Positions 41,399 through 53,091 of a stretch of 64,000 nucleotides of DNA are shown in pieces. The translations under genes were made by a program, and so were the position numbers. The stretch is from Cyanophora paradoxa CCMP329. Its lineage: Eukaryota > Plantae > Glaucophyta. Positions within the stretch are counted from its first letter, which is position 1. Every line of letters begins with the position of its first letter. Under the pieces are notes generated by a model, which had not been told where the DNA came from, did no database searches, and worked only from the letters and a program-made list of their open reading frames with translations. The stretch covers positions 62,001 to 126,000 of the forward strand of contig QPMI01000165.1 of the NCBI GenBank assembly GCA_004431415.1, read 5' to 3'.

Positions 41399-41848
41399 GA
41401 CCGGCGATCGCTTGCACAGGAGCTGCTTCAAGTTCGTCGCACCAGCCAACGCCAACGCCTGCAGTGCGTGCCCGCCTCCCGTAGCGCTGCGAGCTTGCTC
41501 GCATAGAGATTCCCTATTCAATTGGATCGCTAGATCTGCCCCGCGCATAGACCGGCGATCGCTTGCACAGGAGCTGCTTCAAGTTCGTCGCACCAGCCAA
41601 CGCCAACGCCTGCAGTGCGTGCCCGCCTCCCGTAGCGCTGCGAGCTTGCTCGCATAGAGATTCCCTATTCAATTGGATCGCTAGATCTGCCCCGCGCTCT
41701 GACCGGCGATCGCTTGCACAGGAGCTGCTTCAAGTTCGTCGCACCAGCCAACGCCAACGCCTGCAGTGCGTGCCCGCCTCCCGTAGCGCTGCGAGCTTGC
41801 TCGCATAGAGATTCCCTATTCAATTGGATCGCTAGATCTGCCCCGCGC
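41399..41848. repeat. 151-bp tandem repeat, 3 near-identical units (single unit also at 35868-36018)
   Basis: gaccggcgatcgcttgcacagg starts at 41399, 41550 and 41701. Confidence 0.95.
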
Positions 41849-42495
41849 GCAACTTCCTCTTGCAAGTTGCCCCGCCCGGGTAAGTTGGGGGTCGATCAGC
41901 GACGATCACGCGGCGGGGTGACGCATCGGAATCGAGAGTCAATTGAAGACTCATGGAATGCGCATGCGCCGCGATTGCGATTGAAATTCTCGAATCGATG
42001 GCGGTCAATGTCAATCATTGATCTTTTCGCAACTGTCGATCATCAATGCCCCAGGCTCCCCAGCGGCGGGCCAGCGGCGCAGCGCCGGGCAGCGGGCCAG
42101 CGGCAGACGCGCGCCGGCAGTGCGCGCAAGACTGCCAGTACTAGACTACTACTAGTGCCGCAGACTGGCCCGCAGTGCGTCATTCCTCGGCGCAGTGGGG
42201 TACCCCCCCCCAAGACCTATCTTGCCGATCCGACGAAGAAGCCGCGAAGGCTAGCGCTTCGGCGAAGCTTGACTATTACCAGCTGCAGACTGCAGTAAGC
42301 TTCGACGTCGGACCGACTCGGACGGAAGGAGCGCGCTGCGCGCGGCGCCGGCCATACCGCCGATCGATACCGCCGGTAGTACACTAGCAAGCCTTGAAAG
42401 CTTGAAGCAGCACACTATAGCTAGCAAGCTGCAGCGTCCGAGCTCGAAGCAAGTTGCGCTCATCGAACCCTCGAGTAAGATCTCCGATCGCTACG

Positions 42496-43842
42496 ATGCA
42501 CATGGCTCTGCAGCTGGACGACGGCTCAAGCCCAACGCGGCGGGTGACGGTGCAAGTCGAGATCCACTGCCGGGACACGCGCTTCGGCGACGTCGTCGCC
42601 CTCTCGGGCGCCGCTCCCGAGCTCGGCTCGTGGCAGCCCGCGCAGGTGCCCCCTTCTGAAGCCATGCGCGCTTGGGAGCCCTCTGATCATGAGCGCGCGC
42701 GCGCGCAGGCGGTGCGGCTCGACGGAAGCGGCTGGCCGAAGTGGCGCGGGCAGTTCGACGTGTGCCTTGAGAGTTCGAGCATCTTTGTTGAGATGAAAGC
42801 GTGCGTCGCCCGCGTCCGATATCGATCGGGCCGGCGCCGTGAGTCGGGCAGCCTCCAACGCCGCGCGGCGCCGGCGCGCAGGATCGTCATCCGCTCGTGC
42901 GGCGCCGTCGACTGGGAGAGCTTTTCGGGGAACAGAATCGTCGAGGTCCAGCAGGCGGCGGAGGGCTCCGCCCCGACCGGCCCCGCCCCGGCCGCTGGTC
43001 CGTCCGGCTCCGAGAGCTCTCGCCTCTGCTTCGTCTTCGGGTCGGCGGAGGACCTGCGTCACTCGGTCTCGTGCCCGCGCCCCGCCCTGCAGCCCGTCTC
43101 CCCCCTCGACATCGGCGTCCACCGCTCGCCCCGCTCCCCGCACTCCCTCGCGGCCCTCCAGTACTCGCCGCCCCCCGCCGCCGGCCCCGCCCTCTGCTCT
43201 GGCCCCGCCGATCGCGAGCCCCCTTCCTTCGTCCTGCCCCGGGCTACCTTCCACCCGCCGGCCGGCGCGGCCCCCGACCTCGACCTCGCCTCGCCCCTTG
43301 CCTCCTCCGGATCCTGCTCCCCTCCCGCCCTGCCGGCTGATTTCGTGACGCCCGGCGCGCCCCCGATGGCCCCCGCCTGCTGCCTAGGGCAGCAGGGGTA
43401 CAGCCAAGCCCAGCACAGCGCTGGCTATAGCCTGGGGCCCCTCTACGCGCACGCGCGCCTCCTCTCCTCGCCCTGCGGCCCAGGCCTCGCGATCGCACCC
43501 CCCGCGCCGGCCTCCGCGCCTACGTGTATCCTCCATCGCCCGCCCCCGCAGCTGCCCCATCAGAACACGTGGGGCGCCGGCGCCGGCGCCGGCGCCGGCG
43601 GGCGGCGCGCCTCGCTCCGCGTGGGGCCGCCGACGGCCGTGGGCCCCCTGGGCCTGGGCCAGCCGCGGCCGTCCCTTGCCGCGCGCCGCCGCTCGCGCTC
43701 CCTCTCGCTTCCCCGCATCCAGGAGAGCCCCCTCGAGGAGCAGGAGCACGGGTACATCGTCCACCCGCCCTCCACCCCGCAGCCCGTCCACCGGCCCTAC
43801 TTCGACTTCCAGGGCGTCGACGTCTCCGGATCCTCCTCCTGA
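42496..43842 (+). CDS. CBM20 starch-binding-domain protein with Pro/Ser-rich disordered tail (2 introns)
   Basis: TRFGDVVALSGAAPELGSWQP|AVRL...WPKW...K|...WESFSGNR is the CBM20 pattern. Confidence 0.82.
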   Translation: MHMALQLDDGSSPTRRVTVQVEIHCRDTRFGDVVALSGAAPELGSWQPAQVPPSEAMRAWEPSDHERARAQAVRLDGSGWPKWRGQFDVCLESSSIFVEMKACVARVRYRSGRRRESGSLQRRAAPARRIVIRSCGAVDWESFSGNRIVEVQQAAEGSAPTGPAPAAGPSGSESSRLCFVFGSAEDLRHSVSCPRPALQPVSPLDIGVHRSPRSPHSLAALQYSPPPAAGPALCSGPADREPPSFVLPRATFHPPAGAAPDLDLASPLASSGSCSPPALPADFVTPGAPPMAPACCLGQQGYSQAQHSAGYSLGPLYAHARLLSSPCGPGLAIAPPAPASAPTCILHRPPPQLPHQNTWGAGAGAGAGGRRASLRVGPPTAVGPLGLGQPRPSLAARRRSRSLSLPRIQESPLEEQEHGYIVHPPSTPQPVHRPYFDFQGVDVSGSSS

Positions 43843-44814
43843 CCCCCGACTCGCGATCGGTACTAGTCGCATAGAAGCTCATCCGCACAACTCTAGTCGC
43901 ACAGGAGCCAGCGTAGATCTAGATCTAGATCTAGGATCCGGACCGCTTTGCAAACATCAGAACTTAGCGTAAGAGCGCGAGCATGTCAAGCTGCGCGCTT
44001 CTCACAAGCGCTCATCGCACGAGATGCTAGTGCAGTCAGTCAACCAGAGGCCTAGGGCGCTTCTCTGCGTTCTCCTTATGCCGGTGTGTGCCGTGTTGAA
44101 TTTAGCGCCGGCGCCGTAGCTAAATTTTCTCCGACTCCCGGGACGCCGACGTCTCCCGCCCAGCTGGACCCATTACTAGTAGCCTGATATCGATCATGAT
44201 AGCCCAGCCACAGTAGCCTAGGACTGCTTTCAAGGTCTCAGAACTTAGCCTAGTAGCGTAAGAGCGTAAGCATTTAAATTTCAAGCTGCGAATGCACGAA
44301 ACGTTAGCGCTTTCATTAGCTAGGGGGCTTTTTGCGTTCTCCTCTTTCATTTGCATCTAAGAAGTCTATATATAGCTATGGCTAACTAACTTAGGAACCG
44401 TGTACAAATATGCTCATTAGCGCTCAGCGGCTGGCATGTACAGTGACGTAGTTGTGATGATGAATTTGAAATGGATCGGATGCGAATTCGAATACCACAC
44501 TAATATTGATTCTAGCACTGCACATATGGGCTAGCCGCATTCATACTCACGCCATATCGGGCCTGATGCGCGTGCGGCCCACTGATCGATAGCGCTAGCG
44601 AGGCGGGGGCAGAGCTTCGCGGTGGTGTCGGGGCACGACGTGGGGCCCCCGGACCTGCCCACGTGGACCCTCCTCGCCCCGCCGGGCCTGGGCCTAGTGG
44701 GCGTGCGAGAGCCTCGACCGTGGGGACGGCTCGCGATCTAGGGATAATAACGATGAAGTGTCCGCAGTGTGTCAACTGGTGACATGAGCCTATAGGCTAT
44801 AGCTATAGCTTATA

Positions 44815-45800
44815 ATTACAGGTAGGCCAGAGTCTCGTCGGCCTCCACCTCGAACAGCTGCGGCGACAGGCTTCAGCGGCGGGCGGGGCGGGGCGGGGCG
44901 GGGCGGGGTGGCCGGGGAGGGGCTGGGGCCGGGCCGGGCTGACCTCGGCATCCGCGGCGGTGTCGACCTCTGCGCGAGCGAGCGCGGGCGGGCGCCGGCG
45001 GTCAGATTAGATCGTTGAGTATTAGTCGCCCGGGCTCGGCCGCGGGGGCTCGTGCGCGGGCGGACCGACGGCGTCGGCGGCGGCGACGGCGACGAACTCC
45101 TCGCCGTCGATGCCGGCGAGGGCCTCGTTCACCTGCTGCGCGTCCGCCTCCTGCGCCGCGGCGCGCGCGCAGCCGTTTGAGCGCGCGCGTCGGCGCTGGG
45201 CGGTTCCGGGTCCGGGGCGGGGCGGGGCGGGTCGGACCTCCTGCCTGAAGATGCCGCCCCTCGACTTGTACACGTTGCAGAGCTGCGGGCGCGCGCGATC
45301 AGCGCGGGCGGACGAGCGGGGAGGTCAACGCCGTGACCCCCGGCCGGCGCGCGCATGCGCACCTGCTTGTAGCTCTTCACGAAGTAGGCCGCGTCGTCGT
45401 CCGGCATCTCCTCGAACTTGAAGTAGTTGCAGACCGAGGTGCTGCGCGGATCATACGTGGGCTGCAGGAGGCGCGCGCGGCAGAACGTTAACCCGATTTC
45501 GGGAAGCACGCGTCAGTTAGACTATGTAGCCTAGAATAATGTAGGCCCGGCCCGCGGCTAGGACGCCGCGGGGAGCCCCGAAAAACAGGGGACGCGTACG
45601 CGTCATATGCATGATCATTTGGAATCAAAGAAACACAGGTACTACGGTACGCACTCGCCGTCCAAGATGCGGCCGGCGTACTCAGCGAGCGTCTTTTCCC
45701 TGTACATGTTCAAGGCTCAGCGACAGGGACGAGCGCCTCGGAGGTGGAGAACGCACAGCTCGGCGGGGGTGTCGATCAGCTGCCGATAGGAAACGCAGTC
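44815..45800 (-). CDS. Uncharacterised spliced host gene or fragment
   Basis: Exon-like peptides LLQPTYDPRSTSVCNYFKFEEMPDDDAAYFVKSYKQ, LCNVYKSRGGIFRQE and EADAQQVNEALAGIDGEEF with GC3-rich codons and splice-like borders; family not recognised. Confidence 0.4.
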
Positions 45801-46048
45801 GGTCAGCCGGAGACGCAAGTTACAAACGTAACGCTCAGCACCTCCTCCTTGCACGGTCCATATTCATTCAGATGATTTGCGGCCTTCCCGCCGCCCGCCG
45901 CGCCGCCAAGCTTCCCTGGGTAGGCACCCATGGCCAGCGCCCTCGTGCTAGCTGCTGAGCGGGGCGACTTTGACTCGGTCCGGTGCGCGGCGTATTCCCT
46001 TGGAATTCGTCTACCCCCTGCCCTCAAGACGGCGTTGAAGACGCCTTG

Positions 46049-46510
46049 AATTCGAAGACGCCACCGGCCCGGCCCGGCCCGCAGGCGGACGGCGAGCGCG
46101 CCCCTCGCCGCCCTCCTCGCCCCGCGCCGGGCCCCGAATGAAGTAAATTTCTCATTTCGCATTTCCTGCCCACCATGCGCATACAGCTGTACCTTGTACA
46201 TGTAATTGAGGCGCCCACATCAGCCCTGGCATGGCGCCCTGGCATGGCCGCGGTCCGACGGGTTGAAATCGCGAATTCATGAAGACGCCCCCGGCCCGCG
46301 GCCCGGCCAGCAGGCGGACGGCGAGCGCGCCCCGGGTCCGACGGTCCCTCGCCGCCCTCGGCGCCCTCCTTGCCCCGCGCCGCGCCGGGCCCCGAAGTAT
46401 ATTTCTCATTTCGCATTTCCGGGATCCTGCCCACCGGTACCCTGCAGCTGAACCTTGCAATTGAGGCGCCCACATCGATATCAGCCCTGGCATGGCGCCC
46501 TGGCATGGCG
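46049..46510. repeat. Imperfect ~225-bp tandem duplication (2 copies), intergenic
   Basis: Shared blocks gaattc..gaagacgcc, gcaggcggacggcgagcgcgcccc, atttctcatttcgcatttcc, aattgaggcgcccacatc and cagccctggcatggcgccctggcatggc. Confidence 0.8.
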
Positions 46511-46705
46511 CCGGCCGGCATGTACATGTGATCGTAAATCGATGCGATCATGATCACGAATTCAAACGTGGATCGGAGACGGATTCAACTGGCCATTGGG
46601 CTAGAGCCTCTAAAGTCTAGACCAATACTGCAGCTGCACACGGGTTAACTGAAAAAAGCTATTAATATTAGCGCTCTTACGTACAAGAGAAGATTGCCCG
46701 TGCCC

Positions 46706-49609
46706 TCAGAAGGAGCCCGTCGGCACGACCATGGGGTACCCCGGGCGGCTGGGCATCGGCCGAGGCCGCACGCCGCCGGGGGGCAAGGGCGGGGGGGCGG
46801 GCGGCGCGGGCCGGGGAGGGGACGAGGAGACCGGGGGAGGGGGCGAGGGGCTCCTCGGGGGTAGTACCGAGGCAACGGCGACGTGGGGGCGGCGCAGGGG
46901 GCTCCGGAAGGGGGGCGAGCGGTCGCCGGGGGCGGCGGGGCGCGCGGGGGGTACCGGTGCCTCGGGGGACGGGGAGGGGGGAAAGAGGCCTAGGTCGGGG
47001 CCCCCCCGGATGGGCGAGGGCGTCAGCGAAGAGAAGAACGAGTCGAGGAAGGCGGGCGAGGGGCTGCCCAGGCCGCTTGGGGCGAAGACGGCGGCCCGGG
47101 GGGGCGAGGCCCCGGGGGGTAGCGTCTCGTCGGGGGCCACCGTGAAGAGCGACGAGGAGCGGTCGGCGACGGGGTCGGCGTCGGGGTCGGGGTCGGGGTA
47201 CGCGTCGCGCCCCTCGGGGGGTACGGCGAGCCCGACGGGGGCGGCGGGTCCCACCTTGGAGACGGGGATGCCGATCGCGACGCCCTGGAACTTGCGCAGG
47301 AAGGCGAGGTCGGCCGCCGTGGGCGCCTCGCCCTCCCCGCGCCGCGCCAGCTCCAGGCCCTCCTCCGAGCCCGGCCGGGATCCCTCGCCGGCCTTCTCGG
47401 CGCCCCCGCCGCCCTTCCCGCCCTCGTCGCCCTCGGCGGCGGCGACGCGGGCGGAGCGGGCGGTGGCGGCGCCGCGGCGGAGGCGGCCGGCGCCGAGGAC
47501 GGTGCGGAGGGCGAGGCGGACGGCCGGCGCCAGCTCCGCTTTCTGCTTCCGCTTCATCGTGAAGATCGCCGCCCTCGCCAGGATCTGAGGGACGAAGAGG
47601 CGGAGTGTGAGAGAACGAAGGCAAAGTTTCGTGAGGGGAGAGGAGAGGAACAGAGGGCGCGCCTGTCTGCGGACGATGGCGCGGAAGTTCTTGCGCTTCT
47701 TGGGCGGGGGCGGCGGCAGCGGGTTCCGCCTCCTGTACCGCCGGAAGAGAACGAAGCCGGCCGCGAAGCCGACGGCGAGGAGCGCGACGACGACGACGGG
47801 GCCGGCGATGGCGCCCACGTTGGGCCGCTCGTCGGGCTTGACCGGCGGCGCCTCGATCACGGTGAGGGCGAGGTCCCCGCGGCACCCGGGGTAGCCCTCC
47901 TCGACGCCGTAGACGGCGAGGCAGGCGGGGCCCAGCGGGGCGCCCATGGGGACGACGTAGTCGAGGCGCCCCGCGCCGTCCCGCGAGGTGCCGACCTCGA
48001 GGGGGGCGCCCCGCCCCGCGTCCGGGACCAGGGCGACGACGACCCCCGCGACGGCGCCGACGGTCTGCCAGGAGACGGTGTACGGCATCGTGCGCTGCCA
48101 GATGCGCGCCGCCTCGCCGGCCGCCACCTCGGGGCTCGCGGATGCCGCCACCACCTGCCCCGGCACCACCTTGAAGACCGCCGTCGAGTCGCTCAGCACC
48201 CGCTGCGGAAGGGGGGTACGCTCGGCCCGGATTCGCCGGGGGGGGGGGGGAGAATGAGGGGTACGGCACCCTGTCGGAGGAGAAGGGGGCGGAGGCGACC
48301 TCGACGACGTAGGAGCCCGGGGCGACGCTGGACGGGACGCGCCACGTGTACGTAAAGCTGTTCGGCTGCGCGGACGGGGCGGGCGGCGAGGGCTCGGCGG
48401 GGGTACACGGTGCGCCGGGGGGGCGGGACGTGGGCTCGGGGTACCGCGGCGGGGGCGATGACTGAATCGAAAGTGCCGTTGGGGGCCCCGAAGAGGCTCC
48501 CGACGGGTGCGGAGGAGGGTACGGAGAAGAGCCGCAGGCTCACGAAGCGGACCACGATGTTCGACTCCCTGCGGGGCCCGTTTCGGCGCCGGCGTTCTGC
48601 CTGGCCTCTTGGTGCGCGGGGAGGCGGGCGGGGTACCAGAGTATATAGCCGACGAGGCTGGGCGTGATGGCGTGCGTGAGGGGCTTCGCCCGGAGGTAGG
48701 GCTCTGCGGGGCGGGTGAGAGGGCCGCGCAGCAGAGGAGAGGCGGCGGGCCGCACCGACGGCGAGCAGGTCCTGCGAGTGCAGGTTCCTGCGGGGCGCCC
48801 GGGCCTCGGCCCCAGCTCCAGGCGCGGGCTCTCGAGAGGGCGGGCGGGCGCACTTGAAAACGTCGGAGCTGGAGCGGAGGCGTATGTAGTACGAGACCCC
48901 CGAGGGCAGGTCGTTCGGAACCTGATCGCCCGCCCGCGTTGGAATCGGACGGCGCCGGCGGGGTGCGGGGGGCGGGGCGGGCGGGGCGGGGCGGTTCGCT
49001 CGCCTCCCAATCGAGGCTGGAGGGCGTCTCCCACGTCCCGTCGGCGCTGCTGGCCCGCACGCCACGCACGATCGTCCGCACGGGCGCCTGGAACGTGTTC
49101 TGTGGCCAGCCATAAGCGGCGGCCGCACCCTCGCCGGCGGCGCGTAGCAGCTCTCGAACGAACCTGGAGGAAGACCTCGACGTCCAGCGTGAACCAGACG
49201 GGGCACCCTGGCCACGTGTACTGCAGCGTGTAGGTGTTGCCCTGCGCCCGCCCAGATCAGCAGCCGCGGGGCCGCCGGCCCGGCGCTTAGCTAGAGCGGA
49301 CCTTGACCATCTCCTTCATGTCCGCCGGCGGGAACTGGAAGACTGGATTCCCGCACGCTGCGAAATCTTGCATCAGCGCCCTCCCAGAGGCAGCCGGGGG
49401 CGTAGCTAAGTCCATCGTGCCGACGGCAACTGGACCCAAAACCGGCCGGAGCGGCGGGCAAGGTTGCAATTCACTATCCTGCCGACACCAGAGCCCTGGT
49501 AAGCGAAATGTGCCGCACCGGCCTCTGTTCCCGACGACAGCACGACGACCAGAGCGAGCCCAAGGAGGGCGCCCCAGGCAGTGTCGCGCCCCCTACTGCG
49601 GAGTCCCAT
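46706..49609 (-). CDS. Type I single-pass membrane protein (signal peptide, beta-rich ectodomain, TM, Pro-rich cytoplasmic tail); multi-exon
   Basis: Signal-like MGLRSRGRDTAWGALLGLALVVVLSSGTEA; TM GAIAGPVVVVALLAVGFAAGFVLF followed by RRYRRR. Confidence 0.65.
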
Positions 49610-49710
49610 GTTGGCTGCTGTGTTTCGTGTTACCGAAGCGCGGGCGCCGGCATCGCTGCGCTAAGAAAGAAGTTGCTGATTGGGGGTACAGTTCTTCGGC
49701 CGCTGTAACG

Positions 49711-52621
49711 ATGGCGGAGGGCGAGGGTGCGAGCGGGCAGGCGCCCGCGGCGGCGCCGAAGATTGGGTTCTCGTTCAAGGCGGCAGCGAAGCCCGGCGCT
49801 GCGCCCAAGAAGGTCGAGGCGAAGGAAGAGGACACCACGAGGGAGCTCATCACCGGGATGTCCGGGAACAAGGTTAAGAGGTCCGTGGCCGCTCTCGCAG
49901 CGATACGTGCTAGCGGCCCGCGATGGCGCCCCACGCAAAACCGCCCAACTCAGTCCTGCTCTCCGCAGCCTCGCCCCAGTGCAGAAGAAGGGCCCGCTGG
50001 TCATCCCGATGATCCAGAACAAGTGGCAGCCCGCGAGAGCGATCGGCAGCCTGCAGGCAGCTCGCGGCGCCGCGGGGACTCCGACCGGGGAGGCCAATGG
50101 TAGCCTCGTCCCCGCTCCGCTCGGCCGCCTCCCGTTCCGCGGGCGCTCATGCGGTCTCGCAGATGAGAATGCGGCCCCGGAAACGAAGAGCGAGGACCAG
50201 CTGGCTGCGGAGCTGCTCGAGAAGCGTGCGCCCCTCCGCACGGAGCCGAGCGGTCGCGCTTCGTTCTCACGCCGCGCCTGCTCGGCTCCCGTGCGCAGAT
50301 GCGAGGGACTTCGAGCGTCAGCGAGACGGGGGCGGTCCCGTGGAGCCGATGGACGTAGACTCGGGGGTCGTCATCCCGAAGGCGCCCATAGACGACACGC
50401 AGCGCCTGAAGGAGGACCTGGAGGCGCTGCCCGACGTTGCCTCGAGCGAGGCGTACGAATCCGTGCGCCCGCGGTCCCGTGCGCGGCGTCCCGGCGCCCG
50501 CGCCAACCCGCCGCAGATGCCCATCCTTGAGTTCGGCAAGGCGCTGCTGCGGGGCATGGGCTGGCAGCCCGGCAAGTCCATCGGCCTCAACTCGAAGGGG
50601 TCCGCGCGCCCGCCCGCCCGCGCGCCGCGGCGACGCCCGAGCCGGCCGGCAGCCTGGTGGAGCCGGTGGAGTTCGTGCCGAGGCACCACAGGCTGGGCCT
50701 GGGCGCGACGCCCAAGGCGCCGGACGAGAAGGACAAGAAGAAGAAGAAGTACATCAAGCCGGGCGAGTCGCGCGACCCCAAGGCACGCCCCGCCCCGCAC
50801 CGGCCGCGCCCGCCGCGCGCGCGGCGCTGATGGGGCGAGCAGCCTATGATGGAGCTGGCGCCGGACGCGGACGGGCGCGTGCGGCACGTGCGGCGGATCA
50901 GCGAGAAGCTCATCGTGAAGCGCGCGGCGGGGTACCAGATCGAGGCGTCGGGGCGCTTCCTTGCCGGGCCCCACAAGGACCTCCTCGGCAAGATCCTGGC
51001 CATGAAGGACGACAAGCTGACCGTCCGCCTTGAGCTCAACGAGGAGGCGCGCCTTCTTCGTTTCCTGTTCCTTTTCCTTCCTTCTCTTCTCTTCGCTGAG
51101 GGGAGCGGGCAGGACGTGGTGGTCTCCAAGGCGGACTTCAAGGTGATCGAGGACCGGAAGCTCCCGCTGGAGCGGCAGCGGCTGGCGGCGCTGGCCAAGG
51201 GCGAGGAGGCGCCCGAGGCGTCCAACAGCGCGGCGGAAAGCGGCGGCTCGAGCGGCAGCGAGGAGGAGGATGAGGAGGGGGAGGACGAGGACATGGACGC
51301 TGTTCCCGAGCGGCGCACGCGGATCGTCTTCGGGCAGGAGGACGACGAGGAGGAGGCGGCGGGGGCCGAGGCGGAGGCGGAGGCGGCGCGGCGGCGGCGG
51401 CGGGCCGGCGAGAACGTGGCGTCCATGGTGCGGGACCCGAGCAAGCCCGACCAGCTCGCCTTCGCCAAGGCGGAGGGCGAGGACGGGGGGCGCCCCGAGG
51501 CGCCGGACGCGCTGAAAACGTACGGGCTCGTCAAGTTCAAGGACGGGGAGAAGGGCCCCGGGCCCGTCATCAAGGGCGAGAGCCAGATCGCGCACCTCGT
51601 CGAGGCCAAGCGCCGGCGCGAGGCCGAGCTGGGCCGCGCCGGCGGCGGCGGCGACCGGCGCGGCGGGCGGGACGAGGCCGAGGGCAGCGGCCGGCGCGAC
51701 CGGGACCGGGACCGTGACCGCGACCGCGATCGCGAGAGGGACCGGCGGAGGGACGAGGAGCAGGAGGCGGAGGAGCGGAGGCGGCGCGACAAGGAGCGGG
51801 ATCGGGAGCGGGACCGCGAGCAGGAGAAGGAGCGGAAGAAGGAGAAGAAGAAGCGGCGGGACGACTCCTCGGACTCCAGCGACGGCGGCGGCGGCAAGTC
51901 CGGCTCCAAGAAGGCCAAGCGCCCGCCCTCGTCCTCCCCCGTACCCGCCCCCAGCGCCTCCCCGCCCCCCGGCGCCTCCTCCTCCCAGTCCAAGCCCAAG
52001 CCCTCCCCCTCCCCGTCCCCGCCCCCTCCCCCCACCAACCCCTGGCTCGTCCCTAACATTCGGGTGCGCCGTACCCCTCTTTCGCCCCCACCCCCCCGCG
52101 CGTACCCCCCTCTCCCCCTCGAGCCCGTCGCGCGCAGGTTCGAATCGTGGACACGAAGTTCCAGGGCGGCAAGTACTACAACAAGAAGGGCGTCATCGTT
52201 GACGTCACGGACCCGCGCACGTGCGTCGTCCGCCTGGACGAGTCCGGCCGCCTCGTGGAGGGTGCGGCCCGCCCTGTACCCCCTCCCCCCCCCGCTGCTC
52301 CCCCCACCCCCCTTAACCCCCCGGGCAGGGCTGAAGCAGGCGATGCTGGAGACGTACACGCCGAAGGTGGGCGGGCGGGTGATGGTGGTGCTGGGCAAGA
52401 TGCGCGGCCGCGCCGGCGTCCTCATGGCGCGCAACGACCAGGCCATGACCGGCGCCGTCCAGCTCCGCGGCGACATGCAGGCGCCCCTCCGCTTTGCTCC
52501 GCTCCGCCCCGCCCCGCCCGCCTCGCGCTGACGGGGGCGGCAGGTGGAGCGCTTCTCGCTGGACGACGTGAGCGAGTTCGTGGGCGACCTGGACGACCAC
52601 GACGACCTCATGGTCCACTAG
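49711..52621 (+). CDS. GPKOW: G-patch and KOW domain splicing factor (GPKOW/MOS2/Spp2 family); multi-exon
   Basis: KIGFSF and PLVIPM N-terminal motifs; G-patch MPILEFGKALLRGMGWQPGKSIG...RLGLGA; C-terminal WLVPNIRV|RIVD...GKYYNKKGVIVDV and LETYTPKVGGRVMVVLGK.RG KOW pair. Confidence 0.9.
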
Positions 52622-53091
52622 GCCTGGTCCCAGGCCGAGGGGGATATGTGACCGGGGCCCCGCCCCGCCGGCGCCTCTGCTCTCCACCGAATAGGTCGTC
52701 TGAGCGGTTTCCCGAACATCGGACCGGGTCTCCGGAAAGCGCAATGAGCAGAGGCTCAGCCGCAGAGGCGTGCATGGCATGGCACTGCGGCAGGGGGGCG
52801 GGGGCGGGGGTGCCGATTGCGAGTCACTGCCGACAGGCCGTACGCGCAATCAATGCATACGGCAAAGCTGGCAAACTAGCTGACGTTGCCGCTACTGGCC
52901 ATGGAGCTCGAGGCGAAAGATTCAAACAGAAACCGAAGTTTCGCAGTACTAGTTTCGCATTCGAATTCGCACACCGAAACATCACAAAAATATGTGCACG
53001 TACGCTTGAGAGCGGGGAGCCCCTGCCCGTGCCTCCGTAACTACACCCGCAAGGCCTACAGCTGGCGCCCCCGGCCCGCCCCGCCTGAGAG

